In this document: piece after piece, positions 36,799-45,054 of the stretch
Layout: every line of letters starts with the position of its first letter
How positions within the stretch are numbered: position 1 is the stretch's first letter
NCBI GenBank assembly: GCA_965204735.1
Contig: OZ242008.1
Coordinates: 2,272,001 to 2,336,000, forward strand
Source of the DNA: Longimicrobiales bacterium
GTDB lineage: Bacteria > Gemmatimonadota > Gemmatimonadetes > Longimicrobiales > Gaopeijiaceae
Direction of reading: 5' to 3'
DNA length: 64,000 nucleotides
Notes under the pieces: model-generated
Seen by the model: only the letters and a program-made list of their open reading frames with translations
Database searches by the model: none
What the model was told of the DNA's origin: nothing
Translations under genes and position numbers: made by a program

Positions 36799-37578
36799 TC
36801 AGCCGCCGTCGTTGCGCGAGAGGAAGCGGTCCACGCCTTCCCGGCACTCCCGGGTCAAGCGGGCAATCGCGTTGACCTCCGCCCCGCGCGCCACCGCGTC
36901 CTCGAACGAGGCGCCCTCCATGCCGTAGAGAAGCCGCTTGGCGAGAGCGACGGCCGTCGGGGGGCGGTCGGCCAGCTCCGCCAAGTACTCGTCGACGGCG
37001 CCATCGAAGGCGGCCCCTTGAAGGACCCGGTTGACCAAGCCGATGCGCCGGGCCTCCGCCGCGTCGATTGCGCGGCCGCCCACGGCCAGCTCGAAGGCGG
37101 CGGCCTCGCCCACCTTCCTGCGCAGCACGGCCGTCACCAGCGCCGGGACGAACCCGATCCGCACCTCCGGGTAGGCGAAGCGAGCGTCTTCGTGGGCAAG
37201 CACCAGGTCGCACGCCGAAGCGAGTCCGCACCCGCCGCCCAGCGCCCGGCCCTCGACGACGGCCACGACCGGCTTCGGCAGCCTTCGGATCGCGACGAAG
37301 AGGTCCCCCAGCCGCTGGGCCTGGGCCAGTCCCTCTTCCGGCCCCTGGTCGCGGGACTCGGCCAGCTCGGCCAAGTCGGCGCCGGCGCAGAAGTCGCCCC
37401 CGGCGCCCCGGAGGGCGATCACTCGCGCGCTCGGGTCGTCGCCCAGCCGCGCCAGCCGACCGGCGAGCTCCGCGACCATCGCCGCGTTCAGCGCGTTCCG
37501 CTTCCCCGGCCGGTTCAGCGTGACCCGGGCCACGCCGTCGGCCACTTCCGCCAGAACGAGCCGTTCAGCCCCGGTCAC
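36799..37578 (-). CDS. Enoyl-CoA hydratase/isomerase (crotonase; methylglutaconyl-CoA hydratase-like)
   Basis: It contains LNRPGKRNALN, FCAGADL, ALGGGCGL and YPEVRIGFVP. Confidence 0.9.
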   Translation of the reverse strand: MTGAERLVLAEVADGVARVTLNRPGKRNALNAAMVAELAGRLARLGDDPSARVIALRGAGGDFCAGADLAELAESRDQGPEEGLAQAQRLGDLFVAIRRLPKPVVAVVEGRALGGGCGLASACDLVLAHEDARFAYPEVRIGFVPALVTAVLRRKVGEAAAFELAVGGRAIDAAEARRIGLVNRVLQGAAFDGAVDEYLAELADRPPTAVALAKRLLYGMEGASFEDAVARGAEVNAIARLTRECREGVDRFLSRNDGG

Positions 37579-37988
37579 GGGCGTCCCCGGCCTCGCACCC
37601 GTTCCGCAACTTCGGCGGGCGCCTCGATCCGCATCCGGAGCAGCGCCGTGCTGAAGACCTTCCCCTGGGCGTCGGTCATGAGGGAGACGGTGCCGCCTCC
37701 GTCCAGGGCCTCGTGGAGCAGGAAGTTGAGGGCGTGGAGGTTGGGAAGCTCGAAGCGCTCCACCGGACCCTTCACCAGGTCGCCGAAGTGCTCCTTGACC
37801 CTCTCCGCCGTGAGCTGCTCCACGAGAAGCGGGTAGTCCTCCTCGTCGTAGGCGATGACGCCCACGTTCGCCGTGTCTCCCTTGTCGCCCGAGCGGGCGT
37901 GAGCCAGCTCCAGCAGCTGCACGGCGGCCACCGCCCCGTCGGGGCGAAGCCCGGTCGCACCGGCGGCGCCCGTTGCGACGGTCGTCAA
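37575..37988 (-). CDS. AtuA-related small protein (similar to the AtuA C-terminal domain)
   Basis: It contains LAHARSGDKGDTANVGVIA, VERFELPNLHALNF and LDGGGTVSL..DAQGK. Confidence 0.8.
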   Translation of the reverse strand: MTTVATGAAGATGLRPDGAVAAVQLLELAHARSGDKGDTANVGVIAYDEEDYPLLVEQLTAERVKEHFGDLVKGPVERFELPNLHALNFLLHEALDGGGTVSLMTDAQGKVFSTALLRMRIEAPAEVAERVRGRGRP

Positions 37989-37998
37989 GCGCAGGTCC

Positions 37999-39372
37999 TC
38001 ATGCGTCGATGAAGCGGACGGCCAGGGAGGGCTCCACGGCGGCGCGGTCGATCAGCGCCGGCCAGTACGCCACGACTTCCTGCACCGCCGGACGCCCGCC
38101 GGCGAAGCCGGTGACCGACGGCGGCCCGGTGAGCACCAGGGGCGCGACCTCCCGGGCGAAGCGCGCCACTGCAGCCCGCTCGCTCCCCCGCACGCCGACC
38201 CGAAGCTGGACTTCCGGCAGGTCCGGCGGCGGTTCGCCGGTCAAGTGGCCGTGGGTCGCGTCCCATCCCACAAGCTCCACCAGCACCTTGTCGAACGCCA
38301 GCCCCAGGCGGTCCAGCCGCTCCTTGAGGATGCGGGCCGCCGTCCGGGCCTTGGCCGCCGCGTCGGGCCAAGCGTAGACGAGGGAGCCCACCGCCTTGAA
38401 GCCGGCGGAGCAGGCGACGGACACCTTCAGAAAGGGGGTGGGAGGGCCGCCGCGGACCCCGTGAACGCGCACCCGGTCGCCGCCCTCGTCGGAGAGCCGA
38501 ACCGTGGTGAAGTCGGCGGTCGCGTCGGGGGTCACGTACTGCTTGGGGTCGCCCATCTCGTAGACGAGCTGCTCCTTGACCGTGCGCGCGGTGACCGCGC
38601 CCCCCGAACCCGGGTGCTTGGTGATCACGAAGGAGCCGTCGGGCTCGGCCTCGACGATGGGAAAGCCGACCCGGGCCATCTCCGGCAGCGTCCACCACTC
38701 CGCCGAGCAGTTGCCCCCCGTGGCCTGGGCGCCGCACTCGTTCACGTGTCCGGCCACCACGCCGGCGGCCAAGAGGTCGTGGGCGTCCCAAGGCCAGCCG
38801 AACTCGTGCACCATGGGACCGTAGGTGAGCGCCGTGTCGGTGGAGCGCCCGGTCACCACCACCTGGGCGCCGCCCGCCAGCGCCGCCACGATCGGCCGCG
38901 CGCCCATGTAGACGTTGGCGCTCCGGACCCGGTCCCGCACGGCGGCGAGCGGCTCGCCCGTCTCCATGTGCTCGAGGGCGTGGCCCGCGGCCAGCAGGTC
39001 GTCCAGCCTGTCCATGAGGTCGTCGCCGGCCACCACGCCGACCCTGGCGCGGCCCCCGACCCCCGCTCGCCGCGCAGCGTCGGCGACGGCCTGGGCGCAC
39101 GCCGCAGGGTTCACGCCGCCGGCGTTGGTGACGACCTTGACGTTCCTCGCCGCGCACGCCGGAAAGATGCGCTCCATCAGCGGCACGAAGTCCCGGGCGT
39201 AGCCGGCCGACGGGTCGCGAGCGCGCTGCTTCTGCATGATCGACATCGTCACTTCGGCCAAGTAGTCCAGCACCAGGTAGTCGATGGGCCCTCCCTCCAC
39301 CTGCCGGACCGGGGCGTCCAGGTCGTCGCCCCAGAAGCCCTGGCCGCTGGCGATGCGCACCGGCCCGGTCAC
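37999..39372 (-). CDS. Acyclic terpene utilization AtuA family protein (DUF1446)
   Basis: It contains VRIASGQGFWGD, DYLVLDYLAEVTMSI, TNAGGVNP, GHVNECGAQATGGN and EQLVYEMGDP. The GTG start overlaps the upstream stop. Confidence 0.88.
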   Translation of the reverse strand: MTGPVRIASGQGFWGDDLDAPVRQVEGGPIDYLVLDYLAEVTMSIMQKQRARDPSAGYARDFVPLMERIFPACAARNVKVVTNAGGVNPAACAQAVADAARRAGVGGRARVGVVAGDDLMDRLDDLLAAGHALEHMETGEPLAAVRDRVRSANVYMGARPIVAALAGGAQVVVTGRSTDTALTYGPMVHEFGWPWDAHDLLAAGVVAGHVNECGAQATGGNCSAEWWTLPEMARVGFPIVEAEPDGSFVITKHPGSGGAVTARTVKEQLVYEMGDPKQYVTPDATADFTTVRLSDEGGDRVRVHGVRGGPPTPFLKVSVACSAGFKAVGSLVYAWPDAAAKARTAARILKERLDRLGLAFDKVLVELVGWDATHGHLTGEPPPDLPEVQLRVGVRGSERAAVARFAREVAPLVLTGPPSVTGFAGGRPAVQEVVAYWPALIDRAAVEPSLAVRFIDA

Positions 39373-41177
39373 GCCCCGCCGTCTCCCGCCGACCCCGCCA
39401 ACGGCTCCGACCGCGCCCCCCGGGTCCCTCGCGGCGGCGGCGCGTGCCGCGCCCCCGCTTCCGCCAGCCCCGGCGGCAGCACGAAGGCGCCCAGGTGCGG
39501 CCCCGCGTTGTTCAGCGCCGCCCGCAGCAGCAGCGTCAGCACGTCCCGAAGCTCCTCGGGGAGCACCACCGCGTCCACGAACCCCCGCGCGCCGGCGTAG
39601 ATCGCGCTCAGCTGCTCGTCGTACTCGGCGCGCACCTCCTCCATCCGGGCCGCCGTCTCGGCGTCGGGCGCCTTCCCCTCCGCCGCCAGCCGCTCGACCT
39701 GCGCGCCGAAGAGGGCCGTGGCCGCGCTCTCGCCTTCCATGACCCCCATCCGCCCCGTCGGCAGCGAGAGGACGAAGTCGGGGTCGAAGCCCTGCCCCGC
39801 CATGGCGTAGTAGCCGGCCCCCGAGGCGTGGTTGACGGTGAGGACCAGCTTGGGGACGACCGCCGTCGCCATCGCCTCCACGAAGCGGGCGCCCGCCCGG
39901 ATGATCCCGCTGTGCTCGGCCTCCGTTCCCACCATGAAGCCGGACACGTCCTGGACGAAGAGGAGGGGAGTCCCCTGTCGGCTCGCCGTCTCGATGAAGT
40001 ACGCCGCCTTCTCCGCCGACTCGGTGTAGAAGATGCCGCCCAGGCGGGGCGGACCCGGGCGCGCGTCCTTCACGATCCCCCGTCGGTTCGCCAGCACTGC
40101 GACGTTGACGCCGGCGACGGCGCCCGTGCCGCAGATCAACTCGGCCGCGTACTCGGGCTGGAACTCGGCCAGCGCCCCGCCGTCCAGCACCGCTTCCAGC
40201 ACCGCCTCCATCTCGTAAGGCTGGCGGTGGTCGTCGGGAACGATCTCGTACAGCTCCTCGGCGGCACGCGAAGGGGGCCGAAACGCCGTCGCCGGCGCGC
40301 CCGCGCCTCCCCCTCGGCCCGCTCCGCCCGCCTCCCTCGGTCCGGCCGTGCCCGTCGCCCGCCGCGCTCCGGTCTCCGGCAGCCCCGCCACCAGTTCCCG
40401 CAGCTTGGCGACGCACGCCTCGTCGTCCTTGGCCCGGTAGTGGGCCACGCCGCTCACCTGGGTGTGGACCGCCGCGCCCCCCAGCTCCTCCCGCCCCACC
40501 GTCCGCCCCGTGGCGCCCTTCACCAAGTTGGGACCGCCCAGCCCCATGAAGCTGGTCCCCTCCACCATCACGATCGCGTCCGAGAGCGCGGGCAGGTACG
40601 CGCCCCCTGCAATGCACGGACCCATCACCGCCGCGAACTGGGGCACCTTCAGGTAGCGGCGCATCATCGAGCAGTAGTAGAAGATCCGCGCGGCCCCGTA
40701 CTGCCCGGGAAAGACGCCGCCCTGGTACGGCAGGTTCACGCCCGCCGAGTCCACCAAGTACGCGATGGGCACTCGGCAGCGCATGGCGATCTCCTGCGCC
40801 CGAAGGATCTTCTTGATCGTCTCCGGCCACCACGACCCGGCCTTCACCGTGGCGTCGTTGGCGACCACCACCACCTCCCGGCCCGCCACCACGCCGACCC
40901 CCGTCACGACCCCGGCCGCGGGCGCCTTCCCCTCGTAGCGGTCGTGAGCCACCAGCAGGCCGACCTCGGCCCACGTGGTCCCCGGGTCGAGGAGCCGCTC
41001 CAGCCGCTCCCGCACCGCCAGCTTTCCCTTTGCGTGCTGTCGGCGGATACCTTTGACGCCGCCTCCGAGCCGCAGCCTTTCGCGAAGCTCCGACAGCTCC
41101 CGGCCCAGCTCCCCCATCCGACCCGACGGCCGGGCGGGCCGGCCGGCCGAGCCTCGGGCGCCGTCGCGGCCGCTCAC
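39369..41177 (-). CDS. Acyl-CoA carboxylase carboxyltransferase (beta) subunit, MCC/GCC-like
   Basis: It contains ANDATVKAG, LVDSAGVNLP, CIAGGAYLPA, LGGPNLVKGATG, QDVSGFMVG and GAGYYAMAG. Confidence 0.92.
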   Translation of the reverse strand: MSGRDGARGSAGRPARPSGRMGELGRELSELRERLRLGGGVKGIRRQHAKGKLAVRERLERLLDPGTTWAEVGLLVAHDRYEGKAPAAGVVTGVGVVAGREVVVVANDATVKAGSWWPETIKKILRAQEIAMRCRVPIAYLVDSAGVNLPYQGGVFPGQYGAARIFYYCSMMRRYLKVPQFAAVMGPCIAGGAYLPALSDAIVMVEGTSFMGLGGPNLVKGATGRTVGREELGGAAVHTQVSGVAHYRAKDDEACVAKLRELVAGLPETGARRATGTAGPREAGGAGRGGGAGAPATAFRPPSRAAEELYEIVPDDHRQPYEMEAVLEAVLDGGALAEFQPEYAAELICGTGAVAGVNVAVLANRRGIVKDARPGPPRLGGIFYTESAEKAAYFIETASRQGTPLLFVQDVSGFMVGTEAEHSGIIRAGARFVEAMATAVVPKLVLTVNHASGAGYYAMAGQGFDPDFVLSLPTGRMGVMEGESAATALFGAQVERLAAEGKAPDAETAARMEEVRAEYDEQLSAIYAGARGFVDAVVLPEELRDVLTLLLRAALNNAGPHLGAFVLPPGLAEAGARHAPPPRGTRGARSEPLAGSAGDGGA

Positions 41178-41597
41178 CTAGTACGGGTCCTCCCGCTGGG
41201 CGAACCACTCCCGCACGTACGCCACCGCTTCGGCAGTGGTGGCGCCCGGGCCGAAGAGCCGTCCCACCCCCTTCGCCGCCAGCTGCTCGGCGTCCTGGGT
41301 CGGGATGATTCCGCCGCCCGTGAGAAGGACGTGCTCCAGCCCTTCCTCGACCAGCAGCTCGCGCACCTTGGGGAAGAGGGTCATGTGGGCGCCGGAGAGA
41401 ACCGACATCGCCACCACGTCCACGTCCTCCTGCACCGCCGCCGCGACGATCATCTCGGGCGTCTGGTGGAGCCCGGTGTAGATCACCTCGAAGCCGGCGT
41501 CCCGGAACGCCGCGGCGATCACCTTGGCGCCCCGGTCGTGGCCGTCCAGGCCCGGCTTCGCCACCAGCACCCGGATCGCCCGGTCGTGCTCCGACAT
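41178..41597 (-). CDS. Cobalamin-binding small subunit of an acyl-CoA (methylmalonyl-CoA-type) mutase
   Basis: It contains [17 protein letters not shown] (DxHxxG), SVLSGAH and GGIIP, as a stand-alone 139-aa protein. Confidence 0.93.
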   Translation of the reverse strand: MSEHDRAIRVLVAKPGLDGHDRGAKVIAAAFRDAGFEVIYTGLHQTPEMIVAAAVQEDVDVVAMSVLSGAHMTLFPKVRELLVEEGLEHVLLTGGGIIPTQDAEQLAAKGVGRLFGPGATTAEAVAYVREWFAQREDPY

Positions 41598-41770
41598 GAC
41601 GCTCCCGTGAAGAGAGGAAGTGCGGGACGAGACCCAGACCCCCGCAACCGCGACAATTTAGTCCGACACCGGCTGCTCTCGGAAGCTTGATTGTCGCCTG
41701 CTTCGACGTTCGTCGAGCGAAACCGCCAAACCGTCTATTGAGCAACAGCCGTCTGGGGCAACGCCCTCGC

Positions 41771-41799
41771 TTGGACGCGGGTACGGGAAGATGTACGAT
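41771..41799 (+). promoter_or_regulatory. Candidate sigma70 promoter for murB
   Basis: The sequence TTGGAC-17 nt-TACGAT lies 40 nt upstream of the proposed GTG start. Confidence 0.5.
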
Positions 41800-41839
41800 T
41801 GAGCCTCGGTTCCCTCAACCCGCGTGCCCGCCAGCCGCC

Positions 41840-42790
41840 GTGCCCGTCCTCGACTCCTCCATCCTCGATCAGTACGTCTGCGCGGTCGGCCCGGAACGGG
41901 TCCGCCGAAACGTCCCCTTGGGACCCAGGACGACCTTCAAGATCGGCGGCCCGGCCGACCTCTACTGCAGCGCCCGCACCCCCGGCGAAGTGGCGTTGGC
42001 GGTGGCCGCGGCCCGGGAGCTCGGGGTCCCCTTCTTCGTGCTGGGGCGCGGCGCCAACATCCTGGTCGGCGACCGGGGGTTCCGGGGCGTCGTGATCCGC
42101 TGCGCCGTCGGCGGCGTCGATTTCCTTCCGGGCGGCCGCGTCGTGGCCGGGGCGGGAGTGGACACCTTCCCGGACCTGATCAACGCCGTGGTCGCTCGCG
42201 GCCTGGGCGGCATCCACCACTTCGTGGGGATCCCCAGCACCGTCGGCGGGGCGGTCTGGCAGAACCTCCACTTCCTCTCTCCCGCCCCGGAGCGCGAGCG
42301 GACGGTCTTCTGGGAAGAGGTCATGGAAGGCGCCACGATCCTGACGCCGGCAGGGACGGTTCGCCGGGTGGCCGCCGACTACTTCCGCTTCGGATACGAC
42401 TACAGCGCGATCCACGACACGGGCGACCTGGTGCTCGACGTGACCCTGAAGCTGGTCCCGACCCCCGTGGAGGAGCTGCGACGAGTGATCCGCGAGAACC
42501 TGGAGTGGCGCGACCGTCGCCACCCGGACCTTTGGCTCTACCCCTGCGCGGGGTCCATCTTCAAGAAGATCGAGGGGATCGGCGCCGGACGCCTCGTCGA
42601 CCAGTGCGGACTGAAGGGACGCGTCCACGGGGCGGCCCAGATCTTCCACAAGCACGCCAACATCATCGTCAACCTGGGCGGGGCCACCGCCGCGGAGGTG
42701 CGAAAGCTCATCGACCTTTCCCGCTCCACGGTGCTGAAGGAGACCGGCTACGACCTGGAGCCGGAGATCCGCTTCGTCGGCGAGTTCTGA
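41840..42790 (+). CDS. murB: UDP-N-acetylenolpyruvoylglucosamine reductase
   Basis: It contains TTFKIGGPAD, LGRGANILVGDRGFRG, GIPSTVGGAV, AGSIFK, KHANIIVNLG and LEPEIRFVG. The start (GTG) is estimated. Confidence 0.9.
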   Translation: MPVLDSSILDQYVCAVGPERVRRNVPLGPRTTFKIGGPADLYCSARTPGEVALAVAAARELGVPFFVLGRGANILVGDRGFRGVVIRCAVGGVDFLPGGRVVAGAGVDTFPDLINAVVARGLGGIHHFVGIPSTVGGAVWQNLHFLSPAPERERTVFWEEVMEGATILTPAGTVRRVAADYFRFGYDYSAIHDTGDLVLDVTLKLVPTPVEELRRVIRENLEWRDRRHPDLWLYPCAGSIFKKIEGIGAGRLVDQCGLKGRVHGAAQIFHKHANIIVNLGGATAAEVRKLIDLSRSTVLKETGYDLEPEIRFVGEF

Positions 42791-42883
42791 GCCGTCGGCG
42801 CACCGGGTTTCCAGGGCGCGGACCAGCCTCTGGGCGCAGGGAAGGCCCCGACGCCCGCCGTCCTCCAGGCGCCCCCGCCGGCT

Positions 42884-43531
42884 TCACTCCCCGAACGTCT
42901 CCGCCAGCGAACGGATCACCTCGCGGTCGACCCGGTGTCCGCCGGGGGCGGCGACCCGCCTGGGCTCGATCCCGGCCGCCGCCAGCCGCTCGTCCTGCTC
43001 GGACGCCAAGCCGGGATCGGCGGTGGGGTCCTCGTCCCCGAACACCAGGGTGAGCCGGGGCCTGCGCAGCCCCTCGCCCACCGCCAAGTCGCCCGGCAGG
43101 TAGGCGCCCCAGAGCACGAGCTCGTCGATCGCCGTGCTTCCCAGCGCCGCCCACCGGACCGCCGTGTGCACCCCCTGGGAGAACCCCAGCGCCACCGTCT
43201 TCGTCCGCGCGCCGGCGCCGACGAGAACCCGCGCCGCGAGCCCGTCCAGGTACCGCACGTAGTCCCCGATCTCGGCTTCCCGGTCCACGCGGGTCATCCA
43301 GCTCGCCCCCACTCGGTCCTCCGGCCCGTGGCGCCCCGGCGCCGGATCGATGTAGAAGCGGCTCAGGGCTTCGGGCGCCACCACGACCGCTCCCAGCTCG
43401 ACCAGCCCCGCGAAGGGGTGCACGAACCGGCTCGCCAGCTGCCGATAGCCGTGGCAGACGAACCACGCCTGGCGCGTGTCGCGCGACACCTCGCCCGCCT
43501 GGAAGTAGCGGGCCGTGCGAACGACCGGCAT
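42884..43531 (-). CDS. Alpha/beta hydrolase (phospholipase/carboxylesterase family)
   Basis: It contains CHGYRQ, APEALSRFY, GASWMT, the GFSQG nucleophile elbow, GDEDP and GGH. The start may lie somewhat further upstream. Confidence 0.85.
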   Translation of the reverse strand: MPVVRTARYFQAGEVSRDTRQAWFVCHGYRQLASRFVHPFAGLVELGAVVVAPEALSRFYIDPAPGRHGPEDRVGASWMTRVDREAEIGDYVRYLDGLAARVLVGAGARTKTVALGFSQGVHTAVRWAALGSTAIDELVLWGAYLPGDLAVGEGLRRPRLTLVFGDEDPTADPGLASEQDERLAAAGIEPRRVAAPGGHRVDREVIRSLAETFGE

Positions 43532-43647
43532 CCGCCGCTCCACTGGCTCCGACGGCCTCGCTCGCGCCCCCGCCGGCCGACCGGCCTCCGCCCCCGACCG
43601 GCTCTCCGCAGGCCTTGCCCCCGGCCCCACCCCCTCCGCGCCGCCCC

Positions 43648-45054
43648 TCACGTCCCAGTCGCGAAGCGGGCCAGGGGGCGGCGAAACCGCCGCCACGTCC
43701 GCCCCAGCAGCAGAAGCGCCACGATGCCCAGCCCGACGGCCAGTCCCCACCACAGCCCGACCGGCCCCGTCCCCGCCGAGAAGCCCAGCCACAAGCTCAC
43801 CGGCAGGCCCACCAGCCAGAACGCCAGCAGGTTGTAGACGAGGGGCCGCAACGTGTCCGCCACACCCCGAAGCGCCCCTGCGCACACGACCTGGATGCCG
43901 TCGAACAGCTGGAAGACGCCCGCCACGGGAATGAGCGCCGCCGCGACCGCCACCACCTCCGGCTGATCGGCGAAGAGCCCGGCCAGCGCGTTGGGCAGCG
44001 AGAGGAAGACCGCCGCCGTGATCGTCATCAGCAGGCAGCACACCAGCACCGAGGCGCCGGCGAAGCGGCGAGCCCGATCCGGGTCGCCGGCCCCCACCGA
44101 GGCGCCGACCATCACGGCGGCCGCCTGGGCCGCTCCCACGGCCAGCATGAAGGTGAGGGCCGCCAGGTTCAGGGCGATCTGATGGCCCGCCAAGGCCACC
44201 GGCCCGAGCCATCCCATGAAGATCCCGATCGCCCCGAAGGCGCCGAACTCCAGCACGAAGTGGAGCCCGATCGGCGCCCCCAGCCGAACCATCCGCCACA
44301 GCGGTCCCCGGGCCAGCGCCTCCCGCCGCGCCGTGCGCAGGTAGGGCCGCAGCGTCGGCCACGCCATCGCCAGGACGGCCGCGAGCATGAACCAGCGGCA
44401 GATCGCGGTGGCCCAGCCGGAGCCCACGGCCCCCATCGCCGGCGCGCCCCACTTGCCGAACACCAGGACCCAGTTGGCCAAGGCGTTGAGGCCGTTGGCC
44501 AGCACCACCACGACCACGATCGCGGCCACCTTCCCCAGCGCCTGCAACGTCTGACGCAGCAGCACGAAGCCGTAGAAGGGAAGCATCCCCGCGATCAGGG
44601 CTCGGCTGTACGCCGCCGCGATCGGCGCCACGTCGTCCGGCTGTCCCAGGACGCGCAGAACCGGCCCCGCCGTAGCCAGCATCAGCGACGAGACGGCGGT
44701 CAGGACCAGGCCGAGGACGGCGCCTCGCTGAATCGCCAGCTCGATCCCCTTCCGGTCTTCCGCGCCGAAGGCCTGGGAGACGAGGGGGTCGAGGACCATG
44801 AGGACCCCCATGCCGAAGACCGACACGCCGAAGAAGTAGAGGTTCCCCAGCGCCACCGCGGCCAGGTCGGGGGCGGAGACCCGGCCCACCATCGCCGTGT
44901 CCACCAACCCCTGCATGACCATTCCCACCTGCACCACGGCCACCGGCGCCGCGAGGGAGAGGAGCCCGCGAAGCTCCGTTGCCGTGGGGCGGAAGGCGGC
45001 AAGTCCCTTGACGGGCGGGGCGCCCGCGACGCCGGCGGGACTACTCCCCCGCAT
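43648..45054 (-). CDS. MATE family efflux transporter (NorM-like)
   Basis: It has about 12 TM segments and the motifs VDTAMVGR, LAAVALG, GSGWAT, LAGHQIALN and FQLFDGIQVVCAGALRG. Confidence 0.93.
   Translation of the reverse strand: MRGSSPAGVAGAPPVKGLAAFRPTATELRGLLSLAAPVAVVQVGMVMQGLVDTAMVGRVSAPDLAAVALGNLYFFGVSVFGMGVLMVLDPLVSQAFGAEDRKGIELAIQRGAVLGLVLTAVSSLMLATAGPVLRVLGQPDDVAPIAAAYSRALIAGMLPFYGFVLLRQTLQALGKVAAIVVVVVLANGLNALANWVLVFGKWGAPAMGAVGSGWATAICRWFMLAAVLAMAWPTLRPYLRTARREALARGPLWRMVRLGAPIGLHFVLEFGAFGAIGIFMGWLGPVALAGHQIALNLAALTFMLAVGAAQAAAVMVGASVGAGDPDRARRFAGASVLVCCLLMTITAAVFLSLPNALAGLFADQPEVVAVAAALIPVAGVFQLFDGIQVVCAGALRGVADTLRPLVYNLLAFWLVGLPVSLWLGFSAGTGPVGLWWGLAVGLGIVALLLLGRTWRRFRRPLARFATGT

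Noticed and set aside
33565..41745. Apparent large fusion ORFs (1003 aa at 33565..36576 and 1248 aa at 37999..41745; likewise 29211..31907, 42884..44452, 47239..49158 and 51859..54909)
   Set aside because: Only their 3' parts are protein-like. The 5' extensions are stop-free alternate frames overlapping real genes.
42240..42310. MurB as a pseudogene because GGAVWQNLHFL replaces the usual GGAxxMNAG
   Set aside because: The frame is intact and full-length and the other MurB motifs are retained, so it is more likely a lineage variant.
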